This document shows, piece after piece, positions 34,579-48,227 of a stretch of DNA of 64,000 nt; position 1 is the first letter of the stretch; the number at the start of each line of letters is the position of its first letter. Both the position numbers and the translations under genes were made by a program. Under the pieces are notes generated by a model. The model did no database searches, was not told the origin of the DNA, and saw only the letters and a list, made by a program, of their open reading frames with translations. The DNA lies in contig NC_043012.1 in assembly GCF_006345805.1 (NCBI RefSeq), positions 54,870,001-54,934,000 on the forward strand, given 5' to 3'. The stretch comes from Octopus sinensis (lineage: Eukaryota).

Positions 34579-36612
34579 ATGGTTGTATACTGGGCTATGG
34601 AAGGGGAACGTATTTACATTGGTGGATCTTTATATATGAGTCAGGAACAAAATGGAGAAGAAGGAGTCCTACCCGATCGCATTTTTACTCATGAAGATGC
34701 CAAAATGCTACGGCCACGAAGCATTTTTCGTAAGAAATTTCTTCAGGGTGATGGAGGTAAAGAAGATGGTTTATCTATGAATGACTCTTCTGCTGATGAA
34801 AGGAATTCTGACAGCGATTTCAAAAAGCCATTAGCCAACTATCGAAAAGAAAAAGTTGTCCATCGAATTCAATGTGACGGAATACAAGACATCCAAGTTG
34901 TCGAAGTAGGTGATGATGAAGAATTAGATGAAAATGTTGCCATACCTGTTTCAAAGAAATCTAGAATTGATAAGCTTTGTGAAAAACTCCGAGAGAATTC
35001 ATCCCTTCGGAAATCAGAAGATGTGAAACGCACCAACCAGTCTCAGGATGCTGTTTCATCTTCACAAAACAATGTTCTTTTGAATCAGGAAAGTGATTCC
35101 ATTAAAACTACAAACACTGAAAGTAAATCTATTCAGAATCCTGTTAATTCAGAAGAAACTACTAACTCAGAAAAAGATTCTTCAAAAACTGCTTCTCCAA
35201 AACGAGAAAGTGTTGTCACCAAAGTCTCCAGTGAAAAGGAACCAAGTAAAAGAATAGCCGATCAACAGTTTTCTGAAGAAGAGGACACAAAAGATTCATT
35301 TGAAAAGAATTTTAGCGCCTCTAGTACTACTACAGTGACTACTATTACTGCTACATCTGCTTCTACTACAACTACTGGTACTACTACTAGTACCACTACT
35401 GCTACTACTACAACTACTACTACTACTACCACTACTGCTGATGAGGATGAAATTAAGAAGAATTCTGCTGAAAATTTTAATATTCCCAAAACTAATCCAG
35501 TTGAAACTGTAAGTTCAGAACCATTAGATGAAACAAAAGAAGAATCTACTTCTCTTCCTAGAGTTCTTCAAAAGTCTGCCAGAGTAAATCTCCGTGAAAT
35601 GTCTGTGGTGCTCTTTGACTGCCAAATGTCTCCTGGTGATTCTTGCTCTGCTTTCCTTTTTGAGCAGCAAGCACTAATTTGTGATCAAGACTGCCGACAG
35701 TCTGCCATACAGAAGGTCAAACCAAAATCTTCATCAAGACGTACAACGCCCCGAATTACTACGACTGCTATCAGTCAGTTACGCAATCAACTAAAAAGGG
35801 ATCGCAAGAGAGTCTACCCTCTGCGTCCCCCTCCAACTGCTTCGGCTTTGCCTGCTCAGAAACCTTCTTCTCTTCAACCGTCTTTCATGTCTAAATTGTC
35901 TCCATGGTCAACAGCAGCCAAAGTTCCGCCATTCTATGCTAGTCAGTTTCAATCCTTACATTCTGAGACATCCCCAAATCTTATGTCATCGCTGAACACC
36001 TCGCCATACAACCTCCATCACCATCTACAACAGCAACATCAACAGCAGCAACATCAACAGCAGCAGCAACAACAGCAACAACAACAACAACAACACCACC
36101 ATCAGCAACAACAACAACAACACCAGCAACAACAACAACAGCAGCAGCAGCAAATGGCACATTTAAGAAACACAGCACCGTCCAGTTTATCGTTGCCCAT
36201 ACAAAAGATATCAAAGGAGAGTAAGAAGACTTACCCACTTCTTACTCAAGCTTTAACATCTATGGCATCTCTCAACCATTCGTCTGCTTCACAGTTACGT
36301 CAAGAATTGTATCTGACATCCAACTCTCGGAGTCCTGCTGCTCTGGGGAGAAGGCCTCTGCATTCCTCTTCGTTATCACCTGTTAATCCTCATTATATGC
36401 CTAATCCACAAGACAGGATGTGCATGAAGCCTGAGCCATTGGAGGAGCGGGACTTGAGAAGCTCTATTTTTTCAAGCCAGTTTGCATCTTTTATAGACCA
36501 AGTGAACAACCGACCAGTTCACTCCTCAGAGTTCACAGATACCTACGCTCATCAACCCAACCAGTTCCCAAAATGGTTACACATGCAAAACCAATTGCTG
36601 TCATATGACTAA
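34579..36612 (+). CDS. 677-aa uncharacterised, largely disordered protein (acidic N-terminus, poly-Thr, poly-Gln/His, Ser/Pro-rich C-terminus); single large coding exon
   Basis: A 2-kb stop-free frame in AT-rich DNA with higher GC and only in-frame triplet repeats. A strong acceptor TTTTTTTTTTCCATCAG ends at 34438. An in-frame TGA at 34540 means the start is ATG 34579/34597 or a closer acceptor is used. No family recognised. Confidence 0.8.
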   Translation: MVVYWAMEGERIYIGGSLYMSQEQNGEEGVLPDRIFTHEDAKMLRPRSIFRKKFLQGDGGKEDGLSMNDSSADERNSDSDFKKPLANYRKEKVVHRIQCDGIQDIQVVEVGDDEELDENVAIPVSKKSRIDKLCEKLRENSSLRKSEDVKRTNQSQDAVSSSQNNVLLNQESDSIKTTNTESKSIQNPVNSEETTNSEKDSSKTASPKRESVVTKVSSEKEPSKRIADQQFSEEEDTKDSFEKNFSASSTTTVTTITATSASTTTTGTTTSTTTATTTTTTTTTTTADEDEIKKNSAENFNIPKTNPVETVSSEPLDETKEESTSLPRVLQKSARVNLREMSVVLFDCQMSPGDSCSAFLFEQQALICDQDCRQSAIQKVKPKSSSRRTTPRITTTAISQLRNQLKRDRKRVYPLRPPPTASALPAQKPSSLQPSFMSKLSPWSTAAKVPPFYASQFQSLHSETSPNLMSSLNTSPYNLHHHLQQQHQQQQHQQQQQQQQQQQQQHHHQQQQQQHQQQQQQQQQQMAHLRNTAPSSLSLPIQKISKESKKTYPLLTQALTSMASLNHSSASQLRQELYLTSNSRSPAALGRRPLHSSSLSPVNPHYMPNPQDRMCMKPEPLEERDLRSSIFSSQFASFIDQVNNRPVHSSEFTDTYAHQPNQFPKWLHMQNQLLSYD

Positions 36613-38619
36613 AGAAGATTACTTCTACTACTACTACTACTACTACTATTATCATTATTACTAAGGCGGCGAGCTGGCAGAATCGTTAGCTTGCCAGGCA
36701 AAATGCTTTGTGGCATTTTGTCCGTCTTTACGTTCTGAGTTCAAATTCCGCCGAGGTCGACTTTGCCTTTCATCCTTTCGGGGTCGATAAATTAAGTACC
36801 AGTGAAACACTGGGGTCGATGTAATCGATTTTTCCTCTCCCCCAAAATTTCAGGCTTTGTGCCTGTAGTAGAAAGAATTATCATCATTATTAATATTATT
36901 ATTATTATCATTATTATTATTATTATTATTATTATTTCTTACATTGTTATAATGAGAATATTATTATTAAAAAAAAAAACTAGCTCATTGGAAACATGAA
37001 GAAAGAAAAGAACAGAAAATATATTAAAAAAGTAAAAAAAAAAAGAAACCAAAGAGAAACTACAACAAAGCAAAACAAACAAAAAAAAAACAAAGAAAAA
37101 GCAATGGGGTGAAAATACTCAAGCATCCCTGCCACTAAACAGAGTTAAGACCCAAAGTTTTAAAAGAAAAAAAAAGAAAAAACATCAAGAGGTTCTTATT
37201 AAGTATTCATGATATATCTCAAAGAAAAATATAAATAAATGAAAAAAAGAAATACATGAGACCAAAAAAAAAACCGAACAAAGAGAAAAAAACAAAATGT
37301 CACCCACATTAGTAAAAAGAAAAGAAGAAAAGACGTAGTTAACTCTTGACACAACGACAGCTACAGTATTACAAGAACGTAAAAATAGCAAAGTAAATTT
37401 TAAATAATGCTTCTTAATACAAATAAGTGTAAAAACAAACAAGCAAAAATGAAATCCATTTCATAGGGTAAAAAAAAAATGCCAAAAAAAACTGCTGTGA
37501 ATTGCTTACGTTTTTTTTTTTTTTTCCTTGTGATGTCTGTGATGAGATAGAACTAAAATGTTATTATTATTATTTTTTTTTTTCTTGTGTCTTCTCCATC
37601 CATGCAATGTTAGCATATTATTGCAACTTGTTAAAGCATTATTATTATCATTATTATTATTATTATGATAAAGGGCGGTAGATTGGCAGAATTGTTAGAG
37701 TAGAAGAAAAATGCTTTGCAGAATTTCTTCTGGTTCTTTATGTTCTGGAGCTCCAATTCTACTGGGGGGTGGGGTGGGGTCATCTTTGCCATTCATCCCT
37801 CCAGGTTCGATAAAATAAGTACGAGTCAACTACTAGGGTCAGTGGTATCAATTACTCCCTCCCATCAGAATTGCTGGCTTTGTACCTAAAACAAATTATT
37901 ATTATTATTATTATCATTATTAAGGCGGCGATCTTGGCAGAATCATTAGCATGTTGGGCAAAGTGCTTAGAGCAGCATTTTGTTTGGCTTTACATTCTGA
38001 GTTCAAATTCTGCCATGGTTGACTTTGCCTTTCATCCTTTCAGGGTCGATAAAATAAGCACCAATAAAACATTGGGGCCGATGTAATCGACCATCCCCCT
38101 CCCTCTAAATTTCAGGCCTTGTGCCTTTAGTTGAAAGGATTATTATTATTATTATTATGCGATTTAGGTTATGAGTATTGTTTTGGGTTGTTGAAGCCAA
38201 AGATCAGTAATAGACATTTCAAAGAAGATGGAATTATTATAATTGATTATAATGAGTAATTAGTAACAATGAATGCTATAAATATATTATTGTTGTATTG
38301 GGTTATCAGCTAAATTTGTTGATTTTTTTTTTTTTTGATTATTTTAATCCTTATTTTTCATTAACAGTTTTAACAAATCAGTCGATAATATATTCTCCTT
38401 CATTAAGGCAGCAAGCTGGCAGAATCGTTAGCACACTGAGCAAAATACTTAGCAACATTTCATCTGTCTCTACATTCTGAGTTCAAATTTTGCCAAGGTC
38501 GGCTTCACATTTCATCCTTTCAGGGCAAATGAAATAAGTACCAGCTGAGTACTGGGGTTGATGTAATCAACTTACCCACTTCCCTGAAATTACTGGCCTT
38601 ATACTAGAATTTGAAATCA

Positions 38620-39685
38620 ATATATTCTCTTTCATTGTTCATGACATTATGCCAGTGTTGCACCAGCTTGTCAATGCCTTGAGGCTAGAAATCACCTGGT
38701 CTTGACTTGAAGAATTTGCAGAGCTACAGTTTCAGTACCACATCATTTTGAACGAAAAAAAACCTTACAGACTGTCAGAGATTGACCAAAAAAGGTGATA
38801 ACCTAAAGGTGCTATAATAGTGTACAATGGGCACAATAGAACTTCACAACAGAGTTCTTGAATAGAATTTCTGGTTAAATTAGCAATTTAGGGGTGAGGA
38901 GGTGTCATATTAAAGAAGCATACTGTGTTGCGAGTCAGGTCTTTTCAACTAGATTGCCTTGTTGGATCTTGCTCATCAAGTGGAGATGACAGTCAACTGT
39001 ATCATTAGAGTATCTCACCTGCTTGTCCAATTCCTGATTATCTTGGTGCCGATCCTCATAGATAAGCTCATACATTCGATCTTCATTGAACTGAACAGGT
39101 CAGTTAGAATGAGAAGAGTCTGAGTTTGAATTGAAGCGTGAAAACCATTTCTGTGCAGTTCTTGCACCTTCTCCATACATAGCACAAATGTCTTAACCCT
39201 TTGGCATTCACATTATTCTGTTGAAAAAAAAGGTTATTTATTCACATTGTTTTGAATTAATCAGTTATCTTGTAGCTTTGAGATTTCAGTGATGTGATTG
39301 TATATTTTTAGAATGATATTTTAAGGTAGATGTGAGAAGCCGAATCTGGCCAATTTGGTCATAAAATAAGTAGAAAATCTGGGCCAGATGTGGCCAGTTT
39401 AAATGCCGGAGGGTTAAGCAGCTTTGACAGTATTGGAACCATGAGTAAATACAAAGAGAAGCAGATGTCAAGAATGCTCATTGTTTTTCCTCTTGCCATT
39501 CTGTTGTCATATGTCTCTGAAAAGAAGCACAAGTTATTCAAATTTAAAAAAAAAACGATAAACAAAAGTTGTAGAGAATAATAGAGCAACAAATAAAACC
39601 GAAATACAATACAACAAAAGTATTTTTCATGTTAATTCAAATAACATTGGAGAGAAACAAACAAATTTATCTGACATCCCTATAC
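38620..39685 (-). pseudogene. mariner transposase remnant, internally deleted, split by a piggyBac-type MITE
   Basis: Minus strand reads HLLLFVFTHGSNTVKAA [TTAA-MITE] DICAMYGEGARTAQKWFSRF, and at the C-terminus GIDKLVQHWHNVMNNEREYI. Confidence 0.8.
39197..39413. mobile_element. piggyBac-type MITE inserted in mariner
   Basis: TTAA at 39193-96 and 39414-17; TIR CCCTTTGGCATT / AATGCCGGAGGG. Confidence 0.85.
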
Positions 39686-41148
39686 TATCATTATGTTAAT
39701 ATGAAGATATACAGAAGTATTACGATTATTGAATTGGCTGAATTATAGCACTGAATGAAATGCCTTGCAGTGTTTGTTTCATCTGTGTCCTGATTTCAAA
39801 TCCTATGAAAGTCAGTTTTGCCTTTCATCCCCCTGGGATCAATAAAATAAAGTACCAGTCAAATATTGGTATTGACTTAATAACTAAACATCTTCCCCCT
39901 CCAAAATCTGAGGTCTTGTGCCTATATTAGAAAATTAATATCAATATTGTTATAGTACCAATTGAGAAATTTGGTATATTTAATCAGCAACCTTACTCAG
40001 CACCCTTCCACCTTCTTCCATGTCAAAAAAACTGGGACTTTGTGCCTATGTTAGAAGGGGATTTTTTTTTATGTTCTGAGTTCAAATTCTATCTAGGTCA
40101 AGTTTTATATCATCCCTCCAGGGGGTCATTAAAATATATAGTATTAGTGAAGTAGTGGGATTGATGTAATTGAGTTACCTTTCTCTACCAAATTCCTGGC
40201 CTTGTGTTTACATTTGAAGCAATTATTGAATCATTAGCACATTGGACAAAAAGGTTAGCAAGCATTTCTTCCAGTTCTTTACACTTTTGAGTTCAAAAGT
40301 TTCCAAGGATGACTTTGGCTTTCATCCTTTCTGATTTGATAAAAAAAAAAGAAGAAAAAGTACCAGTTGAGCAATGGGGTCAGTGTAAAAGACTAACTCA
40401 CCCCACTTGAGATTGTTAACCTTGTGCCAAAATTAGAAAACATTATTCTTTATTATTACTATTCCATGCTATCTTGCACACTACAAGATGGCACTTTTCT
40501 ACAGATCAACAATGCCAATCTTAAATCCAGTATCCTTCAACCTCTTAGGTAACAGTTTGGGTGTTGTGGCCATGTGTGTTAAGTGCCATTCTAGCAGAAT
40601 CGTTAGCACATTGGGCAAAATGCTTTTTGGCATTTCATCTATCTTTACGTTCTGAGTTCAAATTCCACCGAGGTTGACTTTGCTTTTCATCCTTTTGGGG
40701 TCGATAAATTAAGTATCAGTCAGGCACTGGGTTGATGTAATCGACTACCCTCCCTGCTCCAAATTTCAGGCCTTGTACCTGTAGTAGAAAAGATTATTAA
40801 TTATTATTAAGGCAGCAAGTTGTACTAGTTGAACACTGGGTTGATGTAATTGACTTACTCCTCGCCCCAAAATTTCAGGCCTTGTGCCTACAGTAGAAAG
40901 GCTTGTTATATATATTGTTGTTATTATTAAGGTGGTGAACTAGCAGAATCATTGGCACACCACACAAAATGCTTAGCAGCATTTCATTTGTCTTTATGTT
41001 GTGATTTCTCAACATTGCCTTTCATCTGGGTTGATGAAATAAGTACCAGTTGAATACTGGGGTTGACTTAATTAACTTCCCCCTTGCCACAAAATTTCAG
41101 ACCTTGTGCCTATAATAGAAAAGATTATTATTATTATTATTATTATTG

Positions 41149-41684
41149 AGTGAGAGAGCAGTGCATGCCATCAAAGTGACACTGGGGTAAAATATACCCA
41201 TCATGACTACCCGTCTGATAAGGGTACACTAGGTACATGCATCACAACCATATGTGTGCGACATGATGATCTCATATCAAGATAAACAGCACATGACCTT
41301 GCAGGTGGGGCCCAGTTAGAATTTTCATCTGGTCGAGTAACCTATCCCGCTCAAAAGGTCCCTGAATAAGGGTTTAAGGATGTTGAATGAAACAACCATG
41401 TTTCCAGAGGTGAATTATTCAAACCCCAAAGAATCCTTCTCAACACATGGCTATGATGCTCCCCAACTACTTCTGCTCGTGATCAGAAATGCACATATCG
41501 TCAGCCACTAAGGGACATGCTCAACTGGTTATGGTCAAACAACTGACTAGCAAATCTGTGCTATTGAGCAGAATATTTGCTGTAGCCCATCTTTTATACC
41601 ATGACAAAACAATGTACATGATAACACTTCAAATCAGTTAAGATCAGAAGCCATGAGAGCTGCTGCCTGGTACTGCATCAGGGC
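41149..41684 (-). mobile_element. About 535-bp retroposon-like insertion of unknown family with an (AAT)n tail
   Basis: A GC-richer island flanked on both sides by (ATT)n, with no A/B boxes and no ORF. Confidence 0.5.
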
Positions 41685-42178
41685 ATTATTACTATTATTA
41701 TTATAAAAACATATTTATACCATTCATTGTTACTAGGTGCTTTCGTCATGTGATGTGGTCATACAGCACATTGATCAATAATAATTGATACATTAGAAAC
41801 TTGCTATCATAACCTAAAACAGTAATCTACTCAAATTTTGTTTTTCTGGTGGGTTTTTTTTTCCCCACCCCATTATTAATAAAGTATGATATTTCATCTG
41901 TTATAATCTTTGTGAAACTGAGAATCCATTTGCTGAATTTTGATAAGTTGATGAACCACGTATTTTCATCACTTGGTTTCATTTACATAAAATATAGCAT
42001 TCTGCCAGGCACTAGTGATAGTTTTAATACTACATAATATATATATATTGTCTTGGAGAAATCTCTGTCGATTATCCAAGCTAATCAATGTTATTTATTT
42101 TTCAATTTTAAGATTTGAAATATTTTTTTTTCTTTCAGTCCATTACATTGTACTTATACACATTTAATATATTTTTAC

Positions 42179-42254
<76 letters not shown>

Positions 42255-42817
42255 TATTATTATTATTATCATTATTAATCCTTTCCCCACCACCACCACC
42301 CACCCACCCATTCCTTTTACATTGTAAATCTAAAGCATTAGCTTTTAGTTTAATCTCGAGTGATTCCTGGCTAACAATTATTAACTTTGTTATGAATTCG
42401 TAATTATTTTTTAATTTTTTAAAAGGATTTCAAGCATTTGAAACAAAAAAAAAAAAAAATTGATATAATTACATTTATATTTAAATTATTGTTAAATACT
42501 GTAATAAGCAGCTGGATTAAATTACCAAGAAAGAAAATGATTACGATTGGTGGAATGTCATAATTTCTTTTTTTTTTTTTCTTTTTATGTTTAGGAAAAG
42601 ACAGAAACAAAAACTCTAAAATGTATATTTTTATTATTTAAATTTGATTTTAGATACCATTTAAGAATACATATGTACATACATACACACACATGCACAC
42701 ACATTTAGCTTTTTATATGATATATATGTATGTGAATATAAATATGTATTTATGTATGCATATATATATATATATATATATATGGATATATATACTTATA
42801 TATATACATAAATATAC

Positions 42818-42863
<46 letters not shown>

Positions 42864-44029
42864 TCACGCATACTCACACAGAAAATTTTTTTCAGCATAT
42901 CATTTTTTTTTTTTTACAGAAAACAACTTTCAATGAAATCTTTTTAAAGAATCATATTTGTTGTAACTTAAACTTCCTGTTTCTGAGAGAATTTTTTTTT
43001 CGTTATTTGTAAAAAAAAAAAAGAACAAAAAAAAAACAGTCAGTAGATTTTATGGTTCTTGACATGTAATTTATTTCCTTTACTTAATTCAAGATTTTTT
43101 TTTTTTTGGTATTATAGCTTTAATTGTGGATATAAGTCTGTTATTTTGTGAGAAAATGTTGGCATAACTATTTAATAAAACTTTTTTTTCTGAATCTATG
43201 TTGTTAGTGATATTGTATAGGTATTTTTTAACAACAGCAACAACAAAACATAAGGACTCTCATTTTTATCATATTGCTTAAACATCACCAAAGTACAGGC
43301 TTCAAGGTTTTTATTGAATAAAAAATAACAACAACATGTATTAAAAATGTCCATCAGTTTATAAAAGAAGTCTGAAAATGTTACATTAAAAAAATTCAGT
43401 ACTGATTCCAATGTTCCAAAAATCCAATGGATTATTCGATATTTAAAAAAAAAAAAAATTCTGCATTTTTGTGAGTAGATAGTAAACTTCTGTCCATATA
43501 TGCTTATTTTTGTTGTTGTCAGTCCTGTTTAATTGTGTCAAATTTATTTTGAGATGTAAATTAATTAGATTGTTTGTGTTTTTTGTTTTGTTTTTTCCTG
43601 CTTTACATTTGACAAAGAAATGAACAACAAAAAAGCAAGCAAACTTTTGATTTGATTGAGGTTAAAATTGTGGTTTAAAAAAACACAGAAAAGAAAAAGA
43701 TTCCATAAATTTTTGTTCCAAATTTTTAAATAACCCATAAGTCTTGCCATATTGTCCAAACCCACCTTTTTATTTCCCATTTCAGTGGTGTCTAGATTAT
43801 TCTAGATGTTCTGTAGAGAATGAGTATATTTCCTTTAGTATTGGCTAGTTTTTCACTTGCTTAGTACAACATAGTCTAGGGTAACTGATTGCCTAGTTAT
43901 GCCTCACCTGCTTATTTTTCACTATTCATTGCTGTTTTTTGCCATCCAGTTTTCCCACCCCCATCCTTATAAATTTAACCTTTACTGTGGTATTTCAGCT
44001 ATTTATTCTCCTACCCAGCTACTCTGCAA

Positions 44030-44030
44030 T

Positions 44031-44075
<45 letters not shown>

Positions 44076-44094
44076 TCAACATACATATATATAC

Positions 44095-44127
<33 letters not shown>

Positions 44128-44268
44128 CATATATATATACATATATATATATATGTATACATATATATATACATATATATATATATACATATATATACAT
44201 ATATATATATAATATATACATATATATATATACGTATATATATATTCATATATATACCACATTTATAT

Positions 44269-44302
<34 letters not shown>

Positions 44303-44305
44303 ATA
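44030..44305. repeat. (TA)n-rich microsatellite
   Basis: Direct inspection. Confidence 0.95.
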
Positions 44306-44421
44306 ATCATCTCATATCCATATATCATATCATTGTTGTTATTCCAAAATATAAAAAAAACAAAAAAAACACTATGCTTCTTGTAGAATAGTTTTAAATG
44401 TTTTAATATGTGGTTATGATA

Positions 44422-44760
44422 CAGTGGTTCCCAAATGGTATGCATTTTGGTGCAGTGATGCATCACAAAATGTAGTTAGGTGCACCACAGAAAACAAATT
44501 AATATATTTTTTAAAAAATGTTTAAAATAAAAATGTGAAATTCTAAGTATAAAACCTTGATAACTATGTTTTATTTATTAAAATAAGGAAGTAAGTATTT
44601 AACAACTTTCTTTAATTTAAATTATATAGGTTAAACCATATTATAAATATCTTTATTTTTAATACATTGTTTTATTTTATGCACAAGGTACACAAAAATA
44701 TTTTTATTTGCTCTTTAATGCATCACAAGTAACAAAATAAAAATGGCTTGGGAACTACTG
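44422..44760. mobile_element. Old hAT-type MITE
   Basis: CAGTGGTTCCCAAA / CTTGGGAACTACTG termini; no TSD preserved. Confidence 0.6.
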
Positions 44761-45694
44761 AAATAATGCTACATAAGCACTAATTATTATTTCATTAATA
44801 TTTAAATGATTACAGAGATATTAAATACTTTCTTCCATTGGTTAGCAATATGTTTCTTTGAATTTACCAGTGTTTGTTTTCTGATTGCCAAATAATTTTT
44901 TTTCTATATATATATATTTCAAGTTTTGAATATTAAGTTTTTAAAACAGTTGAACCTTATGTAATAGAATTGTCAGTTCTGTTGGTAGCTGATGATGATT
45001 TTCTCTCACGTACATTAGCAATCAACAATTGAGTCAGACCAGACATAATACCTGGTGATCCTGTAACTAAATATATTGGGAAGGCTACATTAGACCAAAT
45101 TCCATATACCTTTTTTGATATACAATGTATAGATATATTGAAGATAAGCCCCGTCCACATTGATGTACAAATACTGATAATATTTTTGTTATTTTTTTTA
45201 AAGTTTCTTTCCCAATAACTAATTACCTTAATCAAAAATAGGCTTTTTGTTCTTAATTATTTGTCACTCAAAATATAATGGTTGTTATAAAAAAAATTAT
45301 TGCTGAAGTCTAAGTAAGGAAAATACTAAGTCAACTCTAACAATACATAGTTTGATATTTGAATTAATAACAAAATATTTCAGTAATATTGCAATGGTTT
45401 TCTGCACAAAAGAGATGAATAACATAAAGCACCCAATATTAGAAGTAATATATGACTGGTAGATGAAAAGATTCTTAATGATAATTTCATTAAGTATATT
45501 TTCTTTGTATTCAGTATTAATGTTTATATTCTCTCTTGTGTAAGAACTGGGCCGTTGTTAGTCAGGGCAGTAGACAACATTTGAAGAACAAAAACATTCA
45601 CAGAGTACATGTTGCTTTGCTTTTATATTTGACTTTATCTAACCAAAGACCAATTATATATATAACCAGAAATCTATTATATATATATTATATA

Positions 45695-45743
<49 letters not shown>

Positions 45744-45790
45744 AATTATTAATTATGAATTATATAATAAATACGTACACTTATGTACAC

Positions 45791-45940
45791 TACTGTTAGG
45801 GTAACTATTGTTCCATTACTTCAAGTTCTACACTAAAAGAGCCTTCGTCAGTGAGGAAATATATTCTCAGTTCATGCACTGATGAATGTCACTTCAGTAT
45901 GAAACTTAAAGTAATTGAACAACAGCTACCTCTAACAGTA
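45791..45940. repeat. Old inverted pair of hammerhead-bearing fragments
   Basis: Left arm (-) CACTGACGAAGG...AGAACTTGAAGTAATGGAAC and right arm (+) CACTGATGAATG...GAAACTTAAAGTAATTGAAC; about 63-bp arms, visibly diverged. Confidence 0.6.
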
Positions 45941-46179
45941 TGATGGTGTGTGTGTGTGTATACGCACATATAATGATGGAACACTTTGTACCCTAATTTT
46001 CTCTTGCTGATGTATTTGTTGTCAATTTTTTTTTATTCTGTATACTTTGAAAAAAAATTTTTCTCAGTGGAAAGCAATGCTGCATATGTGATGCATGACA
46101 AAGTCCATTACTATTAGAGTCTCTATCAAACAAAAATACCTAAGTGATATTTGTGGTATGGTAAAATGCATGTTAACAA

Positions 46180-46184
46180 TACTT

Positions 46185-46246
<62 letters not shown>

Positions 46247-46621
46247 TATATATATTATATATATTACACATATGTATATATATATACATATATATATATA
46301 TATGTATATATATACACATATATATATATATACACATATATATAACACACACATATATATATATACACACACATATATATATACACACACATATATATAT
46401 ATACACACACACATATATATATATATAATACACATATATACATACATATATATATACATACATACATATATATATATACATATATATACATACATATATA
46501 TATACATATATATACATACATATATATATACATATATACATAATATATATACATATATAATATATATACATACATATATACATACATATATATATATACA
46601 TACATATATATATATACATTA

Positions 46622-46705
<84 letters not shown>

Positions 46706-46986
46706 ACATACATATATATATATATAATATATATATATACATACTATATATATATTATGCATACATATATATATATAATACATATATATATAATATACAT
46801 ACATATATATATATATATAATATATATATATATACATACATATAATATATATATATGCATACATATATATACATACATATAATATATGCATACATATATA
46901 TACATACATATATATATAATGCATACATATATACATACATATAATATATATATATACATATATATACATACATATATATATATATG

Positions 46987-47050
<64 letters not shown>

Positions 47051-47291
47051 CATACATATATACATACATATATATATATATGCATACATATATATACATA
47101 CATATATATATACTATATATATATATATATATTACATATATTATATATATATTATATATACATATATATATATATATAACATACATATATATATATATAT
47201 ATACATATATATATACGTATATATACATATATATATATATATATGTGTGTGTGGGTGTATATATATATATATATATATATACACAACACAC

Positions 47292-47322
<31 letters not shown>

Positions 47323-47386
47323 CGTATATATATGTATATATATATACATATATATATACGTATATATATTATATATATATAATATG

Positions 47387-47419
<33 letters not shown>

Positions 47420-47650
47420 GTATATATATATATAGGTATATATATATATGTATGTATATATTATATATATGTATGTATATATATATATATTGTATATATA
47501 TGTATATATATATATATATAGTATATATATATATATATGTGTATATATATGTATATTATATATATTATATATATATGTATTATATATATATGTATGTATA
47601 TATATATATGTATTATATATATATATATGTAATATATATATATGTATAAT

Positions 47651-47684
<34 letters not shown>

Positions 47685-47800
47685 GTGATATATATATATA
47701 TATATATGTGTATATATATATATGTATATATATATAGTATATATATATGTATGTATATATATATATACACATATATATATATATATACACATATATATAG
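46180..47800. repeat. 1.6-kb compound (TA)n/(TACA)n microsatellite
   Basis: Direct inspection. All overlapping YI/IY ORFs are artefacts. Confidence 0.98.
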
Positions 47801-48192
47801 ACTACTTTGGAACATGCTTCATGTTACTAATACTTTCTAAGTCACTGAAAGGTACAAAAGGTGGCTGAGTTCATTTTTATCAGATTTGTTGGCCCCCGTA
47901 CTAGATGTACAAGTCAGCTAAGAGGTAAAAGGGAACACAACCACTTTGTGGTTTTCAGTTATTTTTAAACTATAAGTAACACGAACTCGTTGTGTTCTAT
48001 ACTTGCAAAAACATGTACATTTAGTCTATATTCATCTTATTGAGTGCTCTTCATTTCATCATATGAAACTTGCTTGATCACTATATGTGTGTGTGTGTGT
48101 GTATGTATATATATATATGTTTTTGTAAAATTAAAGTGGATGTCTGCTGCTTGAAATATGTACATTTCTACATAAATTCTATATATTTCTTT

Positions 48193-48227
<35 letters not shown>

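Larger units (their letters stand above)
36664..41148 (+). mobile_element. Cluster of about 10 same-orientation family B SINEs with (ATT)n tails
   Basis: Copies start at about 36664, 37672, 37922, 38405, 39725, 40060, 40225, 40585, 40808 and 40929. Confidence 0.85.

Noticed and set aside
34404-34694. 96-aa ORF overlapping the main CDS start
   Set aside because: It begins in intron-like sequence before the acceptor and is out of frame with the main ORF, with no protein-like features.
34790-35450. CTGATGA and CTGAAGA matches inside the large ORF (and in LINE and Tigger coding remnants)
   Set aside because: These are explained by Asp/Glu codons and have no supporting stems.
41440-41684. Short resemblances to U1, U2 or 28S sequences in the 535-bp insert
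   Set aside because: The matches are only 8-10 nt and not collinear, which is consistent with chance.
46095-47840. Many long YI/IY/CV-rich ORFs (also 26460-27083, 43899-44391, 57361-57872, 59540-59901)
   Set aside because: These are translations of dinucleotide microsatellites that happen to lack stop codons.
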